Source of the DNA: Minisyncoccota bacterium
GTDB taxonomy: Bacteria > Patescibacteriota > Minisyncoccia > Phycocordibacterales > JABAAK01
Assembly (NCBI GenBank): GCA_958295675.1
Contig: OY282360.1
Location: 261,466-325,465 of the forward strand
Length of the DNA stretch: 64,000 bases
Reading direction: 5' to 3'
Shown: in pieces, positions 32,201 through 40,400 of the stretch
How the letters are laid out: every line of letters begins with the position of its first letter
How positions within the stretch are numbered: the first letter of the stretch is position 1
Made by a program: the position numbers and the translations under genes
The notes under the pieces: model-generated
Told to the model about the DNA's origin: nothing
Database searches by the model: none
The model's input: only the letters and a program-made list of their open reading frames with translations

Positions 32201-33574
32201 ACAGACGGCCTCATTGATATCAATACTATTCAAAAACTCAACGCCATCCGGTATGACCTCAACGGAGACGGTGTCCCGAAGGCAGGACAGGAAAGCAACT
32301 ACACCACAGTGTTCCCGAACGCGGCGACGCATCTCGGCTGTCCGGGACCCTGTACCGGCTATGAACTGACCGCGGATTTAGATTTCGATACCGACGATGC
32401 GGACATCAGAACCGACGACACCTACCACAACAGCGGCGCGGGGTGGGAACCGATCGGTGCGGACAGTGCCGGCAACCGCTTCACTGCCACATTCAACGGC
32501 AACGGCTTTGTCATTGACAACCTTTTGATCAATCGGAGCAGTACCGGCACCCAGGCATTATTCGCCGCGACAGAAACCGGCGCGAAGATCACAGCGGTCG
32601 GCATGCGCGATGTCAATGTCGCCGGTACCAACGGCTCGGCTGCTTTGGTCGGCGCGAGCAAGAGTGGTACCGTCATCAGCGCGAGTTTCTCCACCGGATC
32701 AATCACCGGCGCATGGGCTGCCGGCGGGTTAGTGGGATACAACGAAGGCACGGTAGAGGCGAGTTACAGCTCCGCCACCGTATCCGGCACGACCGCCGTC
32801 GGCGGTTTGGTCGGCAACAGCCAGAACAGCGGCGCGAGTATTAAAAACAGTTACGCCTATGGTGCGGTGACCCAGAGCGGCACAACCCATCTCGGCGGCT
32901 TGGTCGGACACAACCACACCAACGCGACGATAACAGATAGTTACTGGGACACTGAGGTCACCACGGCCGCAGGCGTCGGTACCACCGGCGCGGTCGGTAA
33001 GACCACAACACAGCTCCAGACACCCGTCGACTATACCGGTATCTACGCGACATGGGATGACAGTGATATAGGGGGCACCAGTGCCAATGACGCGCCATGG
33101 GACTTCGGCAGGAGTAGCCAATATCCGGCACTGACATTCGGAGGACACCGAACGGCGACGCAACGGCCTGCTTTCACCCTGGACATCACCGGCAACGGCA
33201 CGGCAAACTATCTGGATGCCATTGTCCACTACTATTACGCGCAGAACCCGATCGATCAGTCAGCGGGCGGTGCGGTCATGGCGAACTTCATCAATGCGAA
33301 CGACTCGCCGACGAACACAGAGAACCAGACCGACACGGCGGCTATCTACACAACGATGCAGGATTCCGCCACAACGCGTGACTTCACCGGCAACGGTACC
33401 ACCAATTATCTGGACGCCATTGTCCACTACTATTACGCGCAAAACCCGATCGATCAGTCAGCGGGCGGCGCGGTCATGGCGAACTTTATCAATGCGAACG
33501 ACTCACCGACGAACACAGAGAACCAGACCAACACGGCGACTATCTACGCGCTGCTTCAAAACCTGGATCTGTAA
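23201..33574 (+). CDS. Giant modular surface protein 3 (3457 aa): 2 N-terminal cadherin-like, variable Ig-like x2, FG-GAP propeller, FN3, GLUG regions x3, twin dockerin-like C-terminus
   Basis: Shared leader; FN3 (VSWDNP..ITSYEY..GLTNGTAYQYKIRAVN); GGLVG/GGLIG GLUG repeats preceded by YDTDGDGLIDI..LNAIRYDLNGDG. Confidence 0.9.
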   Translation: MYIHKKIFLTRCIALWVILALMVTLVPTAPYAVGQEAKKPDGGGTTDTPQEAPEQQAEAPPERVSDGDEEQEESEEEETPAPTLIGLTVSGTDLNETFDSAVTTYTADVAHDSETVTISATPMDDTATVAFTDTTDADTEEDGHQVNLTEGENTVTITVTAQDGVTTQTYTLTVTRAAEEEPTEEEEQEEADENEEQEDEEETGEETPAPTLSGLTVSDTDLNEPFDAETTAYTADVAHDSETVTISATSTDNTATVTYDPTDADTEEEGQQVNLTEGENTVTITVTAEDTTQTYTLTITRAAEEEQEDEEETGEETPEPTTEPALEQPQAQQQQQVQLPDDDDTSDTQGAPSGPLILVLKTSSDSHRHGTITTVTALPGSPTSGAVIRFTESASSLANTVDTDGSTAKTTAAANDMFRYNGTKWVFMGNGVTTAGISSDVDGITSDDTPTFNVSNSATFNSNDGSLEEASFLMKKDQGCAGLSKPSGDYIPITRTQRWSHIFTERSMTNSYDALIGTQNAGMKCLSVGWVTHGQNTSNWSELLEVTIDTGATTPTVAITSGAGTGNPTVRVSGLESGGAVAQLFSDSGCGTAISGVSSRTGASETSKDLTTTTIVAAGASIYAKQTDVAGNGSACSDAVLNAVPSAAVSGIDLKTGSDTGTQDDSITSDTTAPALGFTQVSGATITVRYRKVGGSWTTIQSGSITATGAAGTITLPNLTAGDGTYEVEITQDDDGNGARSPTAATYIFTLDTTAPTVIVSSTPALPSGTPTKFSQTGGVTITLENEDKFGTATSLSADGMLMAVGVPNDDDKAGDSSGNDRGAVYLFQKSGATWQKIHKFSDHTGSGVTGTRFTTAVTDVNLSNSDHFGSGVSLSADGTLLAVGARGDGTGAVYLFKKSSTTWQKIHKFSNHTTSTEPAVRFTAAITDVDIGGSGWFGTAVSLSASGEVLAVGARDDGSSSRGAVYLFEKTDGSWSQSLKISDNNGGAGLLDITLDARDYFGSDVSLSADGALLAVGADGDDDGSSSRGAVYLFEKASGSWTKTLKISQNGGGNSGLLHINLDGSDYFGSAVSLAGTALAASAYSDDDGGTDRGAIYLFQKTDGSWTKTLKISDNGGSGTGLLDINLDNDDRFGSAVALSADGTVLAAGAPDDDDGGSNSGAVYLYGVSPPTIASASTVTAFDSEGSSAMKWVKISDTTCTATQFTGDAGTVYTEGSAIVVTDTADNGKRFCFRVQDAAGNIGFGISPAVTVNPPVAPPTSAFTTLKIKSDAANDTGSSQDDNITKNTSPTFVVGHTTEFGAPTGQTKAGIQIGWKSGTCPAAVPTQTTAQSIYSAGTGWNYYGTGLLSVGAKQTSVEVGRLAGQSVLSAGTICILAYYNPNTINTGSTVVTASYTMGEITIDTTKPVLTVFRIWHGNANTVTFRINATDDALPITGRTKDNVTSANCTDSTDTTGGGWTDYTPGTETGTAHDTNGRCVIITDATGNSKKQHLSDFTAFTPIPKTPVGLIDTWTATGVTLNWTDPSDSVVTGYQWQQCDGTGANCGSWTNISGSNATTVSYAFTGLTANTGYTMKLRATYATGNSIAVSAVGMTGTVYDTDGDGLIDINTIQKLNAIRYDLNGDGAPKAGQESNYTAAFPNAATHLGCPGPCTGYELTADLDLNDETAGIRTDDTYYNSGAGWEPIGADSANNRFTAIFNGRGFVIDNLFINRGSTGTQALFAATETGAKITAVGLRDVSVTGANGSAALVGASKTGTVINTSFSTGTVAGAWGTGGLVGHNEGTVEASYSAATVSGTISVGGLVGNSQNSGASIKNSYAYGAVTQSGSQHLGGLVGHSHTNATITDSYWDTTVTAAAGTTTTGATGKTTTQLQTPVDYTGIYATWDDSDVGGTSANDTPWNFGESGQYPALSFGGHRTATQWSAEANLTALTVSVGTLSPSFTESLTAYTMEVSPTTASLTVTPTLHTATSSVTVNGNTVTSGSPSAAIALTAGAVTDITIVVTATSGSTNTYTIAVTRLKDYDDDDDGLIDIRTHQQLNAVRWDLDGNGTPASGQGTNYTTAFPSASTGMGCKLTDHDNDANTADKPTCTGYELRADIDLDTDEDGKTWTGTEASPSGDSGDAYYNSGSGWAPIGHQPSTAFSGTFKGNGYTIKNLFINRTATYTGLFGFVGRPSKSHTRIEGVGLKNAYVKGGGSTGALVGRNEKPVTASWVTGAVRGANGVGGLIGLNTSTVTASYSLASVTATNTVGGLIGQQENGGIVASYAGGKVSTAGATKGGLVASKSGTAYATNSYYNSDTTTLASSALGTAKTDKALRTPTGYTGIYLNWNVDVGGTNATDDPWSIVAGNYPVLDYGAGASVTTQRNEQPAVPAKPTIALQSPTTTPHTDKTPTFRVTTLTTGATITLHTGSDCSGTALTTTPTTVTVASSDTTKDIDSTFVVGSYTIFAKQTKDNIPVCSSGISFEIKGKPAAPGNIAIAPGDTEVTVSWDNPNNPTITSYEYKRKVGTGNYDANWTMITGVGASDTSHTFTGLTNGTAYQYKIRAVNAAGNGAESETAAATPVATISAAPASPTLASDSGSITPYTGTGTHRTRDTTPTIAFTAVANAVTTAKYRQGTSGVFSNTGITYVGTGSTTARTATLPTLSTNGTYQVEITQTESGKTAKTVTYSFMLDTVSPTVTPAVSKTGHTQSGGTDYLSIGDTITVTFTFDEDMPATPVLTGKFRNNATDIPASGGNHHTIAPARTSATVQTLKLTVRDAGPDVADGNLKYQLTNGTALTDLAGNALGAQTVTTIANTVIDTTKPTLTAFRVGSGNSATYRVTATDASSVTGRTKDNVATGSCTDNTDTTGGSWTDYTPGADTGTAHDTAGRCVIITDTAGNSKKQHLLDSTVMAVIPTAPTGLTGTWGTAGITLNWTDPSESSITKYQYQQCDSAGVTCGSWTDIPSSGATTVTHPITGLTANTGYSFKLRAVNANGDGTAASITGTTGTIYDTDTDGLIDINTIQKLNAIRYDLNGDGVPKAGQESNYTTVFPNAATHLGCPGPCTGYELTADLDFDTDDADIRTDDTYHNSGAGWEPIGADSAGNRFTATFNGNGFVIDNLLINRSSTGTQALFAATETGAKITAVGMRDVNVAGTNGSAALVGASKSGTVISASFSTGSITGAWAAGGLVGYNEGTVEASYSSATVSGTTAVGGLVGNSQNSGASIKNSYAYGAVTQSGTTHLGGLVGHNHTNATITDSYWDTEVTTAAGVGTTGAVGKTTTQLQTPVDYTGIYATWDDSDIGGTSANDAPWDFGRSSQYPALTFGGHRTATQRPAFTLDITGNGTANYLDAIVHYYYAQNPIDQSAGGAVMANFINANDSPTNTENQTDTAAIYTTMQDSATTRDFTGNGTTNYLDAIVHYYYAQNPIDQSAGGAVMANFINANDSPTNTENQTNTATIYALLQNLDL

Positions 33575-33697
33575 GGAGATGCGAAACGGATGCACCGCGG
33601 TACGCGGAGTGTATTGCTGCATGGAATCATGGAATAAGGAATGTAGATAGGTACGATATCGGAAGCATGCTATAGTATCACTAATACTGATGCAACC

Positions 33698-33904
33698 ATG
33701 AAAAACAAACTGCACACACTTATAAACGGTCTGAAAAATAAATTTCGCGGTCATAAGAATAACCGACCGGCAGCATCCGATGAAACACCAACGAATAACG
33801 GCAGCACACTCAGTCAGGAGGAAGCAAACAGAAGGATTGATAAAGCCGCGAAAGTAACCGTTGAACGATACGGTCATATCATTGAACGCCTCTCAAAAGA
33901 GTAG
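33698..33904 (+). CDS. Putative antitoxin of a Doc-type TA pair (68 aa)
   Basis: Small ORF ending ERYGHIIERLSKE, resembling the C-terminal helix of Doc-neutralising antitoxins. Its stop is 1 nt before the toxin ATG. TGcTATAGT at 33668-33676. Confidence 0.6.
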   Translation: MKNKLHTLINGLKNKFRGHKNNRPAASDETPTNNGSTLSQEEANRRIDKAAKVTVERYGHIIERLSKE

Positions 33905-33905
33905 T

Positions 33906-34343
33906 ATGGAGTTTCTCACAGAAGAACACTTATTGCGCCTGTACGACACAGAGCGGAAAACAGGGTATCTCACCGGACTCTTCGGTCCGTTTCTGCCGAC
34001 TGATCGGGAAGTATGGGCGGAAAAGATGGCGGCAGTGCAGGGTATCGTGCAAAACAGAAGTACCATGCTCGGCGACGACCTGCACGGTACCATTGCGCGG
34101 GCGATGTTCCTGATTATCAAGGGACACAAGCTGGTTGACGGCAATAAACGCTCCTCCATTCTCTGCATGATCGGTATGTACTATCTGAACGGATATGAGA
34201 TGACAATTGATCCGGAAGCACTGTACAGGAAAGTAAAAGAAATAGCGGCACTTGATTCGCAGACCTGCGATGATGATACGATAGTTGCCGATGTGAAAAA
34301 GTTTCTGCAGGACGGCACGTACAGCGGTGCGGATACAAGGTAG
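33906..34343 (+). CDS. doc: Doc/Fic-family toxin (~145 aa)
   Basis: IIKGHKLVDGNKRSS matches the Doc motif HxFxDGNKR (F replaced by L), followed by LNGY. Confidence 0.8.
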   Translation: MEFLTEEHLLRLYDTERKTGYLTGLFGPFLPTDREVWAEKMAAVQGIVQNRSTMLGDDLHGTIARAMFLIIKGHKLVDGNKRSSILCMIGMYYLNGYEMTIDPEALYRKVKEIAALDSQTCDDDTIVADVKKFLQDGTYSGADTR

Positions 34344-34481
34344 GGAACAAATAAAGTGCGCAGCGCGCGCTGTGGCATCAAAAAAATATTTTTGAAATTT
34401 TTGAAATTATTATCATAATCGGGTTATAGACCCGTGGTAGCAGGTATATCGAAATCATATATAAAAATACTACTAGTAAAA

Positions 34482-34525
34482 TTGTCCACCTGTAATAAAT
34501 AATGCGATAATATAACAAGTACACT
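34482..34525 (+). promoter_or_regulatory. Array promoter motif: TTGTCCACC ... TACACT
   Basis: Conserved upstream block. Confidence 0.6.
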
Positions 34526-34555
34526 GTCTATGTGTACAGCACAAGTATAGTTAGT

Positions 34556-37360
34556 ATGTATATAACTAAAGAACTCTTTCTCACGCGATGTATCGCACTC
34601 TGGGTGATACTCGCGCTGATGGTAACACTCATGCCGATTGCTCCGTATGCCGTCGGTCAGGAAGAAAAGAAACCTGATGGGGGGGGTACGACAGATACAC
34701 AACAAGAAGCGCCGCCGGAGCGTGTGTCGGATGATGAAGAGACAGGGGAAGAAACACCGGAAGAACGAGAGGAAGAGGCAGGTGGAGATGATGAAGAGGA
34801 AGCACCAGAACCGACTGCAGAACCGGCACCGGAACAACCGCAACCACAAACACAGCAGCAACAGCAGGTACAACTCCCCGATGATGACGACACCGCGGAC
34901 ACGCAGGCACAAACACCACCGACAGGCGCGCTGACTCTTGACCTGAAAGCCGGCAGTGACAGCGGATCAAACACCGCAGACAATATTACGAAAAACACCT
35001 CACTCACCTTTACTATTTCAAGTTCCACGAGTTTCGGCGGCACGAATACTGCCGATGACGGCACGAATATAGCCATTATTTATAAAAACAGTAGTTGCAG
35101 CACCGGAGCGGCGATACCGGCGAACGGCACCGCCTGGGGTGATTATGGTGGCTCTTACAATGGTTTTCATTCCTCTTTGAATAGCGCATGGAGGAACACT
35201 ATAAGTAGAAAAAACACAAGACACCCGGCAGCAAGCCACGATCTATCACTTGATATAACCGCGATTCCGTGGGGTGGCGGTTCCTTCACAGCACCAACGG
35301 TTACGGACGGGGTGAAGTGTTTCATCACTGCATATTTTCCAGATGGAGCTGCCTCAGCCAGCTATACCAGCAGTAACACCAGTACCGGTCTTGAAGTGAC
35401 CATAGACAGGGTAACGACCACGCCGACACTCAGAATACACTCCGGCGGCGGCACCGCGTCACCGACCGTTCGTGTTGCAAATCTTGAGAATAACAGTAGA
35501 GTGCGTCTCTACACCTCTTCTAACTGTACGACCGGTGCGCTCGGCAGCGGTGACACCACGGTGGGACCGACGGCAGTAGTGGATATCGCCCTGAGCGGAC
35601 GAACCTCAGGTGAGAAGTACTACGCCAAGCACACGGATGTCGCCGGCAACACGCCCACTTGCAGCAGCGCGGTGACGAATACCGCATCCGCTCCGCCAGC
35701 TCCCACCGGTCTCACCGGCGCCTGGACAGCGGGAGGGGTCACCCTCAACTGGACTGACCCGAACAATAGTGGAATCACCAAGTATCAATACCAACAGTGC
35801 AATAGTGCCGGTGCCAGTTGCGGTTCGTGGACTGATGTAGCGAGTAGCGGTGCGACCACCGTCACACATCCTATCACCGGTCTCACGGCGAACACGGGAT
35901 ACACTTTCAAACTCAGAGCGGTCAACGCGACTGGCGATGGTGCCGCAGCATCAACCGCCGGCAAAACAGGCACGGTGTATGACACGGACACAGACGGTCT
36001 CATTGATATCAATACAATTCAAAAACTCAACGCCATCCGCTGGGATCTCAACGGTGACGGCACCCCCGACTCAGGACATGCAACAAACTACAACGGGGTA
36101 TTCTCAAACGCCGCCACCAACCTCGGCTGTCCGGGACCCTGTACCGGCTACGAACTGACCGCGGATTTGGATTTCAATACCGGCGATGCGGTCAGAACCG
36201 ACGACACCTACCACAATAGCGGAGCGGGATGGGAACCGATCGGTGCTGACAATTCCAGCGGCCGCTTCACCGCCATCTTTAACGGCAGGGGTTTTGTCAT
36301 TGATAACCTCCTCATCAATCGGAGCAGTACCGGCACCCAGGCATTGTTCGCCGCGACAGATAACGGAGCCCGCATCACCGCGGTCGGTCTCCGCGATGTC
36401 AATGTCACCGGTGCCAACGGTTCTGCGGCACTGGTCGGCGCGAGCCAGTCCGGCACGGTCATTAACGCGAGTTTCTCCACCGGATCAATCACCGGTAAGT
36501 GGGCAACCGGTGGGTTAGTGGGATGGAATGCCGGCACGGTGGAGGCGAGTTACAGCTCCGCCGCCGTATCCGGCACGACCGCCGTCGGTGGCTTGGTCGG
36601 CAACAGCCAGAACAGCGGCGCGAGTATTAAAAACAGTTACGCCTACGGTGCGGTGACGCAGAGCGGCAGTCAGCACCTCGGCGGCTTGGTCGGACACAGC
36701 CACAGCAGCGCGACGATAACAAGTAGTTATTGGAACACCGAGGTCACCACGGCCGCGGGTACCGGCACCACCGGCGCGGTCGGCAAGACCACAACACAGC
36801 TCCAAACACCGACGACCTACACCGGTATCTATGCGACATGGGACGACAGTGATATCGGGGGTACCAGCGCGAATGACGCGCCGTGGGACTTCGGCACGAA
36901 CAGTCAGTATCCCGCGCTGTCCTTCGGAGGACACCGAACAGCGACGCAACGATCTGCCTTCACCCTGGACATCACCAGCAACGGTACCGCCAACTACTTA
37001 GACGCCATTGTGCACTACTACTACGCGCAGAACCCGATCGATCAATCGGCAGGCGGCGCCGTCATGGCAAACTTTATCAATACAAACGACTCACCGACGA
37101 AGACAGGGGATCCGACCACCACAGCAGCTATCTACACAACGATGCAGGATTCCGCCACAACGCGTGACTTCACCGGCAACGGCACCACCAACTATCTGGA
37201 CGCCATTGTGCACTACTACTATGCGCAAAACCCGATCGATCAGTCAGCGGGCGGCGCGGTCATGGCGAACTTCATCAATGCGAACGACTCACCGGCGAAG
37301 TCGGGAGCCCCGACCGACACGGCGGCTATCTACACGCTGCTTCAAAACCTGGAGCCGTAG
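34556..37360 (+). CDS. Modular surface protein 4 (934 aa): no cadherin-like repeat, variable Ig-like, FN3, GLUG, twin dockerin-like C-terminus
   Basis: Start MYITKELFLTRCIALW chosen by paralogy. Confidence 0.9.
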   Translation: MYITKELFLTRCIALWVILALMVTLMPIAPYAVGQEEKKPDGGGTTDTQQEAPPERVSDDEETGEETPEEREEEAGGDDEEEAPEPTAEPAPEQPQPQTQQQQQVQLPDDDDTADTQAQTPPTGALTLDLKAGSDSGSNTADNITKNTSLTFTISSSTSFGGTNTADDGTNIAIIYKNSSCSTGAAIPANGTAWGDYGGSYNGFHSSLNSAWRNTISRKNTRHPAASHDLSLDITAIPWGGGSFTAPTVTDGVKCFITAYFPDGAASASYTSSNTSTGLEVTIDRVTTTPTLRIHSGGGTASPTVRVANLENNSRVRLYTSSNCTTGALGSGDTTVGPTAVVDIALSGRTSGEKYYAKHTDVAGNTPTCSSAVTNTASAPPAPTGLTGAWTAGGVTLNWTDPNNSGITKYQYQQCNSAGASCGSWTDVASSGATTVTHPITGLTANTGYTFKLRAVNATGDGAAASTAGKTGTVYDTDTDGLIDINTIQKLNAIRWDLNGDGTPDSGHATNYNGVFSNAATNLGCPGPCTGYELTADLDFNTGDAVRTDDTYHNSGAGWEPIGADNSSGRFTAIFNGRGFVIDNLLINRSSTGTQALFAATDNGARITAVGLRDVNVTGANGSAALVGASQSGTVINASFSTGSITGKWATGGLVGWNAGTVEASYSSAAVSGTTAVGGLVGNSQNSGASIKNSYAYGAVTQSGSQHLGGLVGHSHSSATITSSYWNTEVTTAAGTGTTGAVGKTTTQLQTPTTYTGIYATWDDSDIGGTSANDAPWDFGTNSQYPALSFGGHRTATQRSAFTLDITSNGTANYLDAIVHYYYAQNPIDQSAGGAVMANFINTNDSPTKTGDPTTTAAIYTTMQDSATTRDFTGNGTTNYLDAIVHYYYAQNPIDQSAGGAVMANFINANDSPAKSGAPTDTAAIYTLLQNLEP

Positions 37361-37406
37361 TAACGGAAAAGACGGTCAGGCAGTGCACCTTGGCGGGGAG
37401 GTAAGA

Positions 37407-37450
37407 TTGTCCACCTGTAATAAATAATGCGATAATATAGCAAGTATACT
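37407..37450 (+). promoter_or_regulatory. Array promoter motif: TTGTCCACC ... TATACT
   Basis: Conserved upstream block. Confidence 0.6.
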
Positions 37451-37476
37451 GCTTGTGTGTACAGCACAGGTATAGT

Positions 37477-40400
37477 ATGTATATACATAAAAAACTCTTT
37501 CTCACACGATGTATCGCACTCTGGGTAATACTCGCGCTGATGGTAACACTTATACCGACCGCCCCGTATGCCGTCGGTCAGGAAGAAAAGAAACCTGATG
37601 GGGGGGGTACGACAGATACACCGCAGGAAGCACCGGAGCAGCAAGCAGAAGCACCGCCGGAGCGTGTGTCGGACGGTGATGAAGAGGAGGAAGAACCTGC
37701 AGAGCAGGAGGAGAGTGAGGATGAAGAAACACCGGCACCAACGCTCAGCGGTCTCACGGTCTCGGATACCGATCTCAATGAACCGTTTGATCCTGCCGTA
37801 ACAACCTATACCGCCGATGTGGCACATAACAGCGAAACCGTAACAATCAGCGCGACACCGACGGACGAGACGGCAACTGTGGCATTTACTGATACAACAG
37901 ATGCCGACACAGACACGGTGGGACAGCAGGTCAATCTCACGGAAGGGGAGAACACGATAACGATAACGGTCACGGCGGAGGATGCCGTCGCAACACAGAC
38001 CTACACCCTGACAGTGACCAGAGCTGCGGAAGAGGAAGAAGAACAAGAAGAGGCGAATGAAAACGAAGAGCAAGAGGATGAAGAAGAGGCAGGAGAAGAA
38101 ACACCGGAAGAACGAGAGGAAGAGACAGCGGGTGGAGATGATGAAGAAGAACAAGAAGAGGAGGAAACACTGGAACCGATTGCAGAACCGGCACCGGAGC
38201 AACCACAAGCACAGCAGCAACAGCAGGCGCAACTTCCTGATGACGACACCGCGGATACGCAGGCGGCCCCGACCGGCAAGCTCGGTGTCAAGCTGAAATA
38301 CGATGCGACAGACGACACGGGAACATTGGAAGACAGCGTCACCAGTAATACCGCGCCGACACTGGCGGTCACGTCAACGACGAACTCATTTTTCGGCGGC
38401 GACAATGATACCGTTGAGGTGTACTACAAAAACTCGGCGTGTGCGACGGGCAGCGCGGTGCCGACCACGGCGTTTGACGCGAGCGGTACGGCACCGTCCG
38501 GCTGGACGAGATACGGCGCGAGCACGGGGGCACAGGCGCTGTCAACGCTGATTTATGTGTCGGCGGGCACCACTACCCTCACTGCCGGCACCTATTGCTT
38601 CTTCGTCGCGCACACCGCCGCCGGCACGACCACGACGCTCAGCAGCCACAGTGTGGGATACGAGGCGATAATAGACAATACCGCGCCGGTGCTCACTGCG
38701 TTCAAGATAGGGACCGGCAGTACGGCGACCTACGCGGTCACCGCCACGGACAACATGCCGCTTACCGGTAAGACGAAAGACAATGTCGCCGCGGGAAGCT
38801 GTACCGACACCACAACCACGGACAGCACCTGGACGGACTATGTCCGGGGAACAAACACCGGCACGGCGCACGATACCAACGGGAGGTGTGTCATCTTTTC
38901 TGATGTGGCGGGCAACAAGAAGGCGCAGCATCTCTTGGACAGTGCGTCCGTCACCGCCTTAACCACGCCCACGGCGCCCGTCGGATTCACTGCGGCGTGG
39001 AACGCGGCGGGAGTGACTCTCAACTGGACCGGTCCGACCGGCAGTACGGTCACCGGGTATCAAACGCAGCAGTGCGACGGCGACGGGAATACCTGCGGCT
39101 CGTGGACTGATATATCAGGAAGCAGCGCGACGACGGTGTCCCATGCGGTCACGGCGCTCTCGGCGAATACGGCGTACACCGTCAAACTCAGAGCGAGTAA
39201 CACGAACGGCGGCGGTTTTGAGGTGGTCGCGGTCGGCACGACGGGCACGGTGTACGATACGGACGGCGACGGCCTCATTGATATTAATACAATTGAAAAA
39301 CTCAACGCGATGCGGTGGGATTTAAACGGGAACGGGGTGGTGTCTTCCGCTGATGAGGGAACGAACTGGACATCCGGGAATGATACGAAATATACGGCGG
39401 TGTTTCCGACCGCGGCGACCTACCTGGGCTGTCCGGGACCGTGTGTCGGCTATGAGCTGACCGCGGACCTGGACCTTGATGATAACGATGCGGGCGACCG
39501 CACCGACGACACCTTCTACAATAGCGGCAGCGGTTGGGAGCCGATCGGTCCCAGCTACATCAACTCATACGCGGCAACATTCAACGGGAACGGGTTTATG
39601 ATTGATAATCTGTTCATTAACCGTGCAATAAATGGAGTCGGATTCTTCAATTATCTCACCGGCACGGTCACGGCGGTCGGCCTCCGCGATGCCGATGTGA
39701 GCAGCGACGGTCGCATAGGTATTCTCGTCGGCCAAAGTTACGGCACGGTCACGGCATCATTTGCTACGGGCTCGGTCAGCGGCGCAAATATCGTCGGTGG
39801 ATTGGTTGGAGGGATGCATGGTACATCATCGGTGGTGCAGGCGAGCTATACCAATGTGACGGTCAGTGGCACCGCTGATAATCTCGGCGTCGGCGGATTA
39901 GTGGGTTCCAATCACGGCGGCGATATTATCAACAGTTACGCGTATGGGGCGGCATCCAGCAGGAACCCGACGACCACACACCTCGGCGGACTCGTCGGCG
40001 GGACACACGGCAGATCCACGGTAACTGCCAGTTACCACGACAGTACGGTCACGTCGTCCGACGGATACAATACGCCTGCCACCGGCAAGACCACGGCGCA
40101 ATTGCAGTCGCCGACGGGCTACACGGGTATTTTCAGCGCCTGGGATGACAGCGATCTGGACGGAGACGGGAACAATGATACGCCGTGGGACTTCGGCTCA
40201 AACACGCAGTATCCCATCCTGTCCTTCGGCGGCCACCGGGTGGCGACGCAGCGGGATTCGGCGGGGAATCTCAGCGCGCTGACGATCTCGGCGGGCGCGT
40301 TGTCCCCGACCTTTAATGCGTACCGGTACCTCTACGATGTGGAGATACCGGCGGCTACCACGACAGTCACGGTCACGCCGACGGTGTTCACCTCGGGCGC

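Noticed and set aside
18156-37475. Six-codon uORF (M/V)CTAQV* just before genes 2-5
   Set aside because: It starts only 4 nt after TAYACT, so probably upstream of the TSS; it is not preserved in gene 6 and is explained by shared ancestry.
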